DNA from: Bugula neritina
Lineage: Eukaryota > Animalia > Bryozoa
NCBI GenBank assembly: GCA_964035545.1
Contig: OZ037770.1
Location: 15,118,642-15,182,641, forward strand
Length of the DNA: 64,000 nucleotides
Reading direction: 5' to 3'
Position numbers and translations under genes: made by a program. The notes under the pieces are model-generated. The model saw only the letters and a program-made list of their open reading frames with translations, ran no database searches and had not been told where the DNA came from. Below, piece after piece: positions 45,421 to 58,778 of this stretch (positions within the stretch are counted from its first letter, which is position 1; each line of letters begins with the position of its first letter).

Positions 45421-48400
45421 ATGGCTGGAGCACCTCCCCACCAGGTAAACCCATTAATTAGAGTTTACCTGAGAAACGCTGAATTGTCAACTTAGGGTTT
45501 GTCTTAAGCATTTCAATGTCTTGCTGAATTCTTGAAAGCCAGTTATAATTCATAACTTTTGCCAGTTTAAATTTTCAGAAGTTCCATTTATTCATCATGT
45601 AATTTAGATTATTAATGTAAACTTCATATATTCAGGTTAGAGTCAACGCTGCAGGTGCTGTTTTAATAAGACAAGCAAACAATGAGCATGATCAGGTATA
45701 AGTGTTTTAAGAAACTTTACACTATTTTTAATGCTCAATAGAGTTTCTTACTTTTTCATAAAAATTAAACCATTGCCAAAGTTGATGCCTAGCGTATTTT
45801 GAACATAAAATTGAAATTGTAATTCCCTGGCAACTCTTGAATGAGTTTTTTTAATTCTGCTTGATTATCAAAATCAGAAGACTGCATGTAGCCTAACCAC
45901 TTAGAGTTTATCAATCTCTTAACATTATTATTTTGTAAATGATCAAGTGTCTTTTAATCGTTCTATTTTGTCCTCTATAAGTAGAGAATTGATCTATAGT
46001 AAAGTTAAAGATCTAAAAATAATCTTGATAATCTTATGAGCCATCATTCAATTTAACCATCAAAATATATGTACACTTGTTTATTTGCCTTTTTTGTGAT
46101 CACGTGATCTTTAGCTAATGTGAAATAGAACCTCTTTCTTTGTGTTATCATAGCCACGGGCTAGGAAAGCTACCGCATTAAAAAATCTTAAGAGAAAAGC
46201 CGGAGATGTTGTTAGAGTCACCAGGACAGATTTTAACAGAGACAGAATCGCTGAACTGCACAACCTGATACTTGATTTTCGGGTAGAAGGGAAAGTAAGT
46301 CTTAATAGAAGTTTTTAATATAAAATGTGATGCAATTAAGTTTTTGATACTTTATAAAAAAAAATTGTAAAACTGCTTTTATAAATATTGAAAACAGTCC
46401 CCAGGTGAAAACAATCAACCTCACTGGGACGAGTACATTGAGGCATTCGCAGAAGCTCTGCATGAAGTTATTGAATTAGAGATAACGACAGACAGAATTA
46501 GACCTATTCTTGAACGAGTAGAAAATGATGGGTTGGAGATTTTTAGCGGAAGTGTGATAGGCTTGTTTAGCTTTGCCTCATATGATAAGAAGAAGAGATT
46601 CATGTCCAGCTTTTTTGATTCGAGTTTGGTGAAAGAGCTAGAGAAGGGTTTAGCTTGTTCCCAGTGGTTTGATCAGGCGATAAAAGTTCCTAAAGGATTG
46701 GTTGCATCAGATGGAACCCTATTCAACGCTGAAGAAAGATTTGCAGCCTCTGAAATAATCCGAACCTTGCTAAAAAACATAAAGGTGGAAGTATGGTTAG
46801 ATTTCAAAGACCTGGAGTTATTTTTAGAAGAAGATGTCAGTTCTAAAGAGCTGGGGAGTGTGAGAATCACTATTGAATTTCCAGTCTTTGAAAGAAACAA
46901 ACTAGGTGGTGCAGGTAATTTGCTTACTTTAGTCATAAGAAAGAAACACATGAATAATTTTGTATGCATTTAAGATTATGATAAACAAAGTAATATTATC
47001 TTTGTTTACTATAGCCCTAGTTCTATTGAATGTGTTTATATAGCCTAAAGATTGCTAAATAGATCAAGTTTCTTTGAATAAATAAATTGTGAAGCTTGAA
47101 TGTTGAACCAGTAGTTTGAAACTATCTGAACTGAGCAAGTGGAATGATTTTTTATTTTGATTAAAAGAACTGACTGAGAAAATGCATCACATCTCGACTC
47201 AACAAAATTTAGCTACGTAGCTAATTGAAAAGGGTGAAATCTAGACACTATAAAACTGCATGCAGTAATTTAAAAGTAAAGATGAAAGGTAAATAGTTTT
47301 GCATTTTAAACTCTGCTATTGTAGAGGAGGTAGAAGTAAATATAAAGAGAATTGTGAAAGAGCAAATTGCCAAACACAAAGGTAAGCTCTGCAAGCCTCA
47401 GTGCTGTTCCTCTCCAGTGATTTGATTCTTTGCTAATAGAGTTTTTAACAGTTTCTTGGAGTAGGTATAGCCTACTAATTGAAGTCAGCTTTTTTATTGT
47501 AGTCACGGGTTTAAAAGCGTACTGATATGTTTTTAAAACTTACAAAATAATCATGTTTTATCTATATTGATGACCAACGCTGTTATAAAAATAATTTCCA
47601 CCTATTTCCTTGGAAGTTAGTTTCAATGGGTTATGACAATATTATTAATTATTGCAGCTAAATTTGTACCGTAGATGCAAATATAGCTTAAGTCTAAATG
47701 TGAATTATATACAGTTAGCTAATAATTTTACAAAACTTAAACTAAAGTTATAGATGATGAGACCATTAAAGCAGATGAAAAACTAAAATCAAGGGTGTCC
47801 TACTTAGAAGGATTGGTTGAAAGAAAAGAAGAATGCATTGCTGAACAGAAGGCTGAAATTAACTTGTACGCTGGGGAGCTTGAGGGTAAGTATTAAGATT
47901 TTAGGTAGACATTTTTAAATTGATAGTAACTTTTTATTTCAAGCTAAACTTACTAAACTTTGTCTCCTAAAAATATGATTGTCTGCAAGTATATTGTAGT
48001 CTGTAAGCTATGCTGAGTATTGATCATTGATTAGATAAAGTATGACCTTTGACCTAAAATGATAACTTTCGACCTACTGACCTGTAGTACCTACTTGTAT
48101 TTTACAAGCACTCCAATGGTTAGTTTATGCATTTTTTTTCTATAATTAGAATATTCCAGGTTTAAAATATAATAATATAATAACATATATAAGTGGAGGA
48201 AGAGGGAAATCATTTCAGTAAATCAAAATCCTAAAGTTTAATGAATATATTTTCATAGCAATTGGAGTCGTAGCCAATAACTCAAGAAGTAAGCACAGAA
48301 GAGAAAGACTTGAATATATGTCAGAGCTTTGCAAGACACTAACAGAAAAGAGCAAAGAAGTTGTCACTCTTTTTGGTAAGTTGGTAGTTGATGCTTGATT

Positions 48401-48851
48401 ATTTCAAACTGTATTTAAGCACAGTATTACTTCATGTAAACTTTGTACGGTACAAGTGTGGAGAGAAGGCAACTACTCTTTCTGCAATGCTACTGCTATA
48501 GTTGCATATATACTTCATATTTACATATATTAGTTTGAGCTGTTAGAATCTGCAAAACTGTTAATTTCTTTGATAAAAATTTATAAATTAAAAATATGAT
48601 TTAGCAGTTTATGTTCTTGTAATAGAAAAAAGTGAAGTTGACTCAGAAAAAGCAGCTAAAGTTTCCGAAGACATGGAGGAAGCTTCTAAAAGTTTGCAAC
48701 AAGCAAACAAAGCGTTTTCTGTGATGTACCTCGGCGCAGGGAAAATGAGTGACATAACGACTCAAGCTGAAGATTCCGATTTGGAAAATGAGTTGCTGGT
48801 GTCACCTCCAATACAAGAGGGCTCTCCTGAGTTTACTGTGGCTTCTCCAGA

Positions 48852-48867
<16 letters not shown>
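45421..48867 (+). CDS. Uncharacterised ~410-aa protein with a predicted C-terminal coiled coil and acidic tail
   Basis: Exons 45421-45444, 45636-45695, 46154-46294, 46398-46914, 47754-47885, 48259-48375 and 48626-48867 all join through GT-AG with compatible phases into one open frame (1233 nt). I recognise no family. Confidence 0.7.
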
Positions 48868-49163
<296 letters not shown>

Positions 49164-49281
49164 TATCTGACAAGTAATAAATGCCATTATATTAATCAAA
49201 TCTCATTTTATTTCTTCTAATGTTTATGCTCTAGATTTATTTCTATAGAGCACTCTAGTAACGTTTTATAAACACTCATTT

Positions 49282-49373
<92 letters not shown>

Positions 49374-49962
49374 TACATGTGTAGCTTTTCAATTTTTTAT
49401 TTCAATTTTGATTGAGTCTGCTTTCGTATGCTGTATTTCTCATCTAGAAAACACAGATCTAATGTTAGTTAATTTAATTTCTCTTTTTGTTTTATATGCT
49501 CTTAGATAATGTTATGTTCTATAACTGTATAGTGCTCAATAGCTAATGCACTAAATTTTTACTATATCTTTGCAATTCCAAAGTTTTTGTAGGCTATATC
49601 TTTTACACAGCATTAATAATGAAAAGATAATAACATGTGATTATAGATTACTTAGTAACGATAAACATCGCTAGAATTTATTATTATATTTTAGATAATA
49701 AAATGGTCTTAGTAGTCTTAACGCTTATTGCTGAACATACATGATGGAGAGGCAAGTCAAAAACTGTTTTTACCTACCTTTTGTAAATTTATTAGGATGT
49801 CATTAAAGTTTTGTAACTTTTTACGCTGAAAGATGATTTTGGCTTAGTTTCTACTGATATTGTTGCCGTTGCTTGTCTCTACATTGCTTAACTAGTATAA
49901 TAGTGTAATGGATTTCAGTGGTGCAATTAATTCGAAAGGGTCGACTCTATATTGCTTATTAT

Positions 49963-50279
49963 TGTGGGGATCGACTACATCGACTTTCAGCGACTGGTAT
50001 CTTATGGTCGACAGTGGCACCACTAATAACAGCCAATCAGGACTGACATGCTAATTGATAGCTCGGAGCTAGCTACTCGTAGTGGAAGCACCCTAAGTAG
50101 CTAGCCGAGCAGAGCAGCTTGGGACTTCGCTTAGAGTAGTTGTGTGTAAAGGCTCATTTATTATGTAATCGTTCAATTCATGTTAGCAGTAATTCAACTC
50201 TTGTATCTTGTAAATAATAAACTTATCATAACGTAAATAACCTGGTGTAGTAGCTTTGTTTAAGTCGACCCACATAACA
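49963..50279 (+). mobile_element. Probable solo LTR (~317 bp)
   Basis: TGT...ACA termini with imperfect inverted ends (tgtggggatcgact / agtcgacccaca), a CCAAT motif, AATAAA near the 3' end, and higher GC/CpG than the flanks. No clean TSD seen. Confidence 0.4.
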
Positions 50280-52159
50280 TAGTGAATTGTGAAATTCACT
50301 ACAATAGCAAACTATAAAATGAATTTTTTCTGAACCACATTTATTTTCGGTTTCATCCCAGTTAGATGCTATATTTTATTTTGGTGCCATATGGTGTAGC
50401 ATTTAAACTAGAGATTATTGAACTAGTAATTTGAAAAACACGAATGAGAGCAAAAAATTCAAAATCTGACCCATTGTGCCCCCCTTTTTGCCCCTACTGC
50501 AAAAACAGCAAAAAAGTGTTATATAATCTAGTTGCAAAATTATACCGTTGGTATTTTGAGATTTACTGCTTGAACATGCAACCTGTTTGCATAACCTAAC
50601 CACTAATCTAATCTAAGGTATAGTGCCACCGTTCTTCGGGTCTCTCTTTATGTGTGTGAGCCGCAACTTCGAGTAATGCATTACGTGCTGCATACAAGAG
50701 TCATGTTGTACGAAACAGCCAATAGGATTAGCTAGGCATATAGTTGAAAGTCTATGAGGTATGATTAATGAGGTAGAGGTGTCAAGTAGCCTCCAGGCTA
50801 AGTGAGTCAGCATGTGAATACTCATTCTAATAGCTAAAAATGGCTGGCAGGTACTCTAGTGCTTATCCGAATTTAGGTTAAGAATCATTGACTTGGCCTA
50901 TAAGAATTAGCAGTTTTCAAACAGCATAATAAACCACAGCTTAACCAGCAGCCACATGATTGCAATAGTAGGTACTGTAACACTGCATGGAACAACTTAC
51001 CAGGTTCACTATAAACGATTTTAAACACACTGGTCAAATGACTTATAAATAAATAACCCGTATACTAATTGTCATATTATTTTTCTTCTTCAACACTCAC
51101 GCACTTTCATAATAAATTTTCATGAACACCTAAAACTTTTGTAAACTATTACCTATATAATAATATATTCTTTTGAAAAGATAAAAAAATTGACTTTGTT
51201 AAATTTTACAGCAGATAAACCTGCAATTTTTGGGACTATTCTTTAAACTATGTGTTTTGTATTATGACTTATCTTCTCTTGAGACTCTATTATTATATAA
51301 TCAGTATTTTCCAAGGAGTTATCCTATATTTCAGGGCTCTTTCACAGAAAAATGTTTGAAATTAAAGTGAACTAGGACTGTTTTGTAAATTTTTCCTTTT
51401 ATACCTGACAGTGATGTACATAAAGGTTTTAAAATTATTTAGATAAAATGTTTTAACAACTTACAAATGCTGTGTTGAGAAATTTTTATATGCAACTTAA
51501 AAACCTATTTTTTATTATGTTGATTGAAATTGTTCCGACAATCAAAATACTGACAGTTATACCACTCATCTAGTGGTTCACACATTGTGTGTAAAGTAAT
51601 TTTTAAAAATACAACATAGGATTTCAGCCCTTCTTGCTAAACCCAGTGTAATTTCATGCACGCCATAGTCTTCACCCACATAGCCTGTAACTCCTAAATA
51701 TTTAGAGCTCTTTCTACATTCCTGTAAGGCAAATTAACTAAACAGCAAAGTACTAAAACATGGCTGTTATTCTGGTGCTAAGCTACACATCAGGGCATTT
51801 ACTAGAGTCTTCTGTATGCTTTACAAAAGATATGAGTGTGAGTAGAGTTTACAGCTTTTCATTAGCATCTAAGATCAGTAGACGGCTCACTTTCTATTCG
51901 TCAGCTGAGCAGAAACAAACTCCATCATACATTAAATCAAAGTAGTTAAACAACAACTAAATTCAACAGTATGTTTTATAGTTTTATTAATACCGCGATT
52001 ATTACGATTATACAGCAAACATAATATGATGAAATTAAATTCACATTATATTTATATCATAAAGGTTATTATATGAACTGTCACTCTTACATTATATAAA
52101 TGAGTTCTTGTGATTACTCTAGCAGAACTAATATTGATACTGTGAGTGGAGCCGTTATC

Positions 52160-55100
52160 CTAAAGACTTCTTGGCTTCACTGTAGTCTGGTACAGCTCCA
52201 GTCCCTCTCCAGAGATAAAGGTGAAGGTCAGCAGCTTCTTGTTCACACTGACAGCGGCAAATCCACCATCAGCCGTGTCAGCATTCCAGAACTTGAGAGA
52301 ACCAGGAGGGACGTCGTTCTTGTGCCATTTGATGTTGAGGGAGTTGGTGGCGGATCCAGTCAGCAGGTAGTCCATTTCCCCGTCTTCTGTTACTTCATGT
52401 AAATGCTGAAACCAGTATATACTCTATGTAAGCTATATATTATATACTCTATGTATGCTATATATTATATACTCTATGTATGCTATATATTATATACTCT
52501 ATGTATGCTATATATTATATACTCTATGTATGCTATATATTATATACTCTATGTATGCTATATATTATATACTCTATGTATGCTATATATTATATACTCT
52601 ATGTATGCTATATATTATATACTCTATGTATGCTATATATTATATATTATATGTTATGTGGTATATATATATGTTATATTATATGAGTATATTATATAAC
52701 AATTTACCTGCAGTGTGTATAATATGTAATATTTTACCTGCAGTGTGTATAATATGTTATAGTTTACCTGCAGTGTGTATATTATATAAAAAATTACCTG
52801 CAGTGTGTATATATTATGTAATAATTTACCTGCAGTGTGTATATAAAATGTAATAGTTTACCTGCTGTGTGTTTATATTATGTAATATTTTACCTGCAGT
52901 GTGTATAATATGTAATAGTTTACCTGCAGTGTGTATAATATGTAATATTTTACCTGCAGTGTGTATATAATATGTAATAGTTTACCTGCAGTGTGTATAT
53001 TATATTAAAATTTACCTGCAGTGTGTATATATTATGTAATAGTCTACCTGCAGTGTGTATATAATATGTAATATTTTACCTGCAGTGTGTATATTATATA
53101 AAAATTTACCTGCAGTGTGTGTATAATATGTAATAGTTTACCTGCAGTGTGTGATCATGACCGGAGAAGTAGGCGGACACGTTGTACTTGTATAGCAGAG
53201 GCTTCATTCTCTCAACCAACTTCTCAGTTGGACCATGGAAGCCAATAGAGTAGACGGGGTAGTGGCCAGCCACCACTAAATAGTCAGCTCTGCAAGGAAT
53301 CACAGGCTAACTTATAGGCTGCAGGTAAACACTTTTATCATAATCCCAAATTTAGTGTATTTTCCTAAAAACTTATTTTCTCACTTTTATTTTTAAATAT
53401 TATCCTAATTCGTAAGTTGCAGTAACAGCAGTTGGAAAGTTCCAGTGTTTTTATAAAAATATATTATTTATTGTTTATATGTCACAATGCAAGTTACAAA
53501 CTTGATCTCAAGATAACCATTTTTATCAAATATATCAAGTGGAACTCTATGGAGGCTCATACTGACGCGCTATTGGCTAATTTCTCTTCTATCCACGCCC
53601 ACTCTTCTTCCTCGGTTTCCTTATCAGCAAATGGCTTGGGTTGTTCACCTTCTTTCTCAACTGTTCCACAGATAATCATGGTGTCTACCATCACGAACTC
53701 AATGGTGGCGCCATCTGGTGTGGTGAAAGTCTTGGTGTAGTAGTAGTCAGGGTATTTCCTGTAGCAATTAATTGATAATCTGCAGTGAAGATGCAGTTTA
53801 CACTTTTTTTACAGAGCAGTTTTAGTGATGGAAAAAAAATTAATTTGCATTTAAAACTGAATAATGAATTGCTTACATGCAAAGCTAATGTAAAAAGTTA
53901 TATTTTAGGCAAATTAATATAAAATTTTGAATAAGCTTGTAGAAACTGTGCATTTACCCAACCACTGTAGCCAGTGTAGCATCACCATTTTATCTGGGTG
54001 TTACTTAAAAATTAGAAGCTATATAAAGTATTGATTTCTATATTTATTTTATAGATTTCAATCTTTTATGTTCACTTAATTGCTGCAATATTTATAACAG
54101 TATTTAAGCCACACTAGGATGAACATACCAATGTAACATCTGTAGAGATAAAATCTGTATATGATATAAACATTTAACTAAAGCCTGTAGTTATATGAAA
54201 GGGTTGTACATGGCACCACCTAAATTATACTTCACATAGCACCATGTACAACTACCTATTTGCTTGTAGTTGTTGAAAATTATCCTTGCTCAATTTTAGT
54301 AGCGCAAGTTCCTGTCAAAAGTTTCGACTGTGAAGTATTAAATACAACTCTCCTGGTCACATGACTTAGAGAATTTTATTAAATATTTTGACTAATAATG
54401 TGAATAACCAAACACCTCATGGCTGCTAGCTGACTCTATACCCAAGAAAGATACTTTATAATAGTTGATGGGTCATAATACGTGACACATGACATGCAAT
54501 TGCATGTACTTGCATATCATGGCTGCTAACTGACTCTTTACCCAAGAATGATACTTTATAGTTGATGGGTCATAGTACGTGACACATGACAGGCAATTGC
54601 ATGTACTTGCATACCAGATTTTACAGGCCATGTCAGTATATAGTGTAAAGTATGTACACCTACCATCTCTTGGACACCTGTGTGTAGAGGATTTGAGCAC
54701 TGATGTTACCCCAGTAGTCATGGTTACCGGCTATCATGTACCAGTCATTCTGGAGATACTCGCCACTGTACAGATCTTCAAACGTTTTCTAAAAGAAAGG
54801 TTTGTGACCGTAAGTAAGTAAATAAATAAGTAAGTAACTAGGTAAGTAAGTAAATAATATATTAATAAGTAGGTAAGTAAGTCTGTATGTAAGTAAGTAA
54901 GTCAGTGAGTGAGTGAAAGTGTTAGTAAGTCAGTTTGTATGTAAAAAATGTAAGTAAGCAAATAAGTAAGAAAGTAAATAAGTAAATAAAAAACAGACAC
55001 ATAAGTAAGTAGTAAGTAGGCTACTATGTAGGTATGCATGTTAGTAAGTGATTAAGTAAGTAATTAAGTACTGTAAGTAAATATGTAATAAGTAAGTAAG

Positions 55101-55751
55101 TAATTGCTGTTTACATGAACTTCTTTAAAACATTAAATAAAACCATGCCTTGACCAAGCTGAAGAAATGCTACACAAACCAAACCAAACAGCTTTTATAA
55201 CATCTATTTTTATTTTATTTTATAGATTTTTGTCAATTATCCAATTGAAATAGATTTTAACTGACACAAACACACATACTGTATACTCAGGAATTAAAGT
55301 ACAACAAACCTGGAATCTCTTGTCTTCTACATTTCTCACGCCGTAGTAGTAAATATTATCACCCAGCGTTAACTGGAACTGAGTGTTTCTGGCTTTAGCT
55401 TCGGTGTTCATAGTCTGGGCAATCTTGTTGTTCATTTTCGTATAATAAGGGGGTAGTGGTGAGCCACCCTGATCTCCAAGGACTAGAAAGTTGAGGCTTT
55501 CATCATCGCCAGTGAAGCTTGGGTAGCCTATAGTAAAAATATACTTGATGACTGAACTAAGAGAGGAGTGAAAGAAGAGACAGGGGGAAGGGGGCGGAGA
55601 GGGAAGAGAGAGGGAGAGAGAGGGGGGGGGGAGAAAGGGGGAGAGAAAGAGGGAAAAATAATTGCTATATAAATATTTGTATAAACTTACCAAATACTGC
55701 CGACACAGTTGTTATTGCCAGGAAAAGCCACTTCGCCATCAGTAAAGCCAT
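52160..55751 (-). CDS. ACP5: Tartrate-resistant (purple) acid phosphatase type 5-like
   Basis: Signal-peptide exon from 55751, then metallophosphoesterase motifs 'LGDQG', 'LGDNIY', 'WYMIAGNHD', 'VAGHYP' and 'YFSGHDH'; stop at 52160. Confidence 0.92.
52416..52646. repeat. 25-bp intronic minisatellite abutting the last ACP5 acceptor
   Basis: Unit tatatactctatgtatgctatatat, ~9 copies. Confidence 0.93.
52701..53152 (-). repeat. ~30-33-bp array (14 copies plus the real junction) copying an ACP5 donor (ACACACTGCAG|gtaaa)
   Basis: The true exon end ...GATCACACACTGCAG|gtaaac is at 53142; 'tacctgcagtgtgt' recurs about every 31 bp on the + strand. Confidence 0.93.
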
Positions 55752-55908
55752 TTTCTCAACTTTCTATATGTGGGAAAAATTTACTAAATAAATGTTAGTA
55801 AATGGTTTGCATTAACCTACACAGAAGTGAATATCCAATAACTTTAAGGTAATACAATGAATTAAATGAACATTAAAAACTGAATTGTAGTGTTGAGATT
55901 ACCCAGTG

Positions 55909-55980
55909 GTCCCTGTGGTGGAATGGTTTGTATGCCTGCTTGCAAGGCGGAGGTCTCGGGTTCGAATCCCAGTGAGGGCA
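55909..55980 (+). mobile_element. tRNA-derived repeat, copy 3 (diverged), antisense within the probable ACP5 5'-UTR intron
   Basis: A and B boxes, the same ttgcaag loop, and the same upstream tgtag..ttgag.ttacccagtg flank as copies 1-2. Confidence 0.65.
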
Positions 55981-57022
55981 TATTTTATATGGATAATTGC
56001 CATATTTTTACTGTCTTTATCTATAATCCTACTTACCTTTTGCAACACGACTCAAATCTGAAAATGTTTGTGACAAGAGCGTTGTGATATACTGAACCGG
56101 CTGCATGCATTGTCCAATCAGATCGTTGTCTTGTGATACATAAAGCCAATCACAACGCGCTGTGTTTCCAGACAGTAGTAACCACATGAGCCACCATTGT
56201 TTCATTTTTCAGACACCAACATAACATTCTGTGGTTATTCTCTGGGAGAAAATAACTAGGCTATTCCCTAATGAACTTTGCAAACAGTGAAGGAGGGTAT
56301 CCTGATCTCCCGAATATTTAATTAGATGTGATTTTGTTCGTGCAGAGCTTGCAAAATACACTCATGTTGTAGATAGATTGTACTTTAATTTAGCATACAG
56401 TATGCACTTTAATTCCTCAGATCTGCAGTGGTTTCTTTACCCTGGGAAATGCCACTTTTACTCGAAAACAATATTTAAATGCCTTGTTTTTGAGGGGTGG
56501 ATTTTCAAACACAATAGGCAATATATCTGGAATTAATTTTTGTGTGGGCGAGACAGTCACATGCAATGCCACATGCACTTGTTTATAATATTATTAAAAA
56601 ATTTCCTATATTTAGTTGTTATTGATGTTAATTACAGGCCATACTGGAATTCATCAATGAATGTAAAATGACTTCAATGTCACCCTTGGTTGAGAGTAAA
56701 ACAGGCTGGCAGCTATTCTAGCAACTATTTTTGCGCTTCGAGGAATATTCAAGCATTTTATCATTTTTACTAAAAGTCTTCAACCTACAACTTAAGTTGT
56801 GGCATTTATCACATGATTTGTGTGCTGCTCTATATATTCATATGCATGTATAATGTACGTATATATATAATATACGCAAATATATATAATGTACGTATAT
56901 ATATAATATACGCATATACATATATATATACACACACACACATATACACACACACACACGCACACACGCACATGCACACGCACACGCACACACACACACA
57001 CATATAATATATATATAATATA

Positions 57023-57070
<48 letters not shown>

Positions 57071-57073
<3 letters not shown>

Positions 57074-57296
57074 CAATCTGTGGACAGCAGCTGTTTCGGG
57101 GTTTGTCCCCTCATCAGCACAGAACAGAGTACCATGGCCCACACCTTCGCAATAGTAGAAACTTATGTTTCTACTAAAGCATATTTAAAAGGTGTGTAAA
57201 CTCAAGCCAGAGAGCTCAAGTGACTCTAGGGGTCACCTAGGAGTCACGAGCCTTGCAAAATGCTAGCAGCTTGAGTTTGTGACCATGGTGAGAGAG

Positions 57297-57300
<4 letters not shown>
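57071..57300 (-). mobile_element. ~230-bp retrozyme-like / Penelope-associated non-autonomous element inserted in (TA)n
   Basis: GC-richer block bounded by (TA)n on both sides, with multiple long hairpins and a hammerhead ribozyme at its 3' end. Confidence 0.7.
57072..57129 (-). ncRNA. Minimal type I hammerhead ribozyme
   Basis: Minus strand reads ctc-tgt-TCTGTG CTGATGA GGGG-acaaa-CCCC GAAA CAG-ctg-CTG TC|CACAGA-tt-gag. The CUGAUGA/GAAA core is complete, stems I-III pair, and the cleavage triplet is GUC. Confidence 0.9.
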
Positions 57301-57381
<81 letters not shown>

Positions 57382-58256
57382 GCGTGTGCGTGTGCGTGTG
57401 CGTGTGCGTGTGCGTGTGCGTGTGTGTGTGTATACACACAAACAGTTTGTTATTAGAATATTATTATCAGAACAAATACTGAAAATGTTCGTTTGTTTTA
57501 TATAAACTATTGCTAGACATTATTTATAATTGATTAGTTTTACTTCTCAGGTTTTCACAGCAATATAATCAAAGCGAAATATTCACTGTAAAATCACGAA
57601 TCCAGCATGCCGGGCACTGACTGAAATGTCATGCTACAGCTCTGGATGCTTTCAACTGATTTGATGCTGCTAAACGTCATAAAAATAACCTACAGTTTTG
57701 TTACTGCGCACAGAGTCGTAGTACGACACAATAGTACTCTGCTGTCCGGATTAAGCTCGGGTCAAACGATAATTATAATATTAGCACGTTACGACTTGAA
57801 AGTTGTCTTCCAATGTCAAATCCTTAGTACAGATAGCCAAACACAACAATTTTATTATTTTTTTGCAAAACACTAAAATTAAACTGTGAAATTTACCATT
57901 TAAATTTATGTACACAATAATTTGTTATTGTAACTTTTTATAGTGACCGTTTGTTCACAATTCCGTCAATGCTGTGTTAAAATCAACATCCGCTACGATC
58001 TGGAGAAAATATAAAATGTACATCAAATGAGCTTAATATAATTAATTATTAATTTCAATTGCAATTTTTATGACCGTATGTACATGAAGCAGCTAGCTTG
58101 GCGGTAAGTTAGATAAAGTAACAATTTAATCATTATTGTATACATTGTTCAAGTTTAGATAATAATTGTGGTGGTTTTTACCGTTATTATTTGTAATACT
58201 TTACTAACTAGTAACTAAACTAGTAACTACTAATACTAATACCAATAGTAATAGTA

Positions 58257-58778
58257 ATACTAACAGTAATACTAATAGTAATAGTAATAGTATTACTATT
58301 AGTTTTAGTAATACTAATAGTAATACTATTAGTATTACTATTAGTATTATTAATACTAATAGTAATAGTAATGGTAATAAATTTATACTACTACTAGTAC
58401 TAGTAGTAATACTAATAGTAATAGTAATAATATTATTATTATTAATACTAATAGTACTAGACAACAGTTTTACTAATAGTAATAGACAATAGACATAGTA
58501 ATACTAATAGTAATACTAATATTATTAGTATTACTATTAGTATTACTATTGTCTGTTGCTATTAGTATTACTGTTGTCTAGTACTATTAGTATTATTAAT
58601 AATAATATTACTATTACTATTAGTATTACTACTAGTACTAGTAGTAGTATAAATTTATTACCATTACTATTACTATTAGTATTAATAATACTAATAGTAA
58701 TACTAATAGTATTACTATTAGTATTACTAAAACTAATAGTAATACTATTACTATTACTATTAGTATTACTGTTAGTAT
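58257..58778. repeat. ~210-bp near-perfect inverted repeat (58257-58468 vs 58570-58778) in a low-complexity tract
   Basis: The - strand ORF 58204-58464 and the + strand ORF 58556-58780 give nearly identical translations; the arms were checked by eye. Confidence 0.85.
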
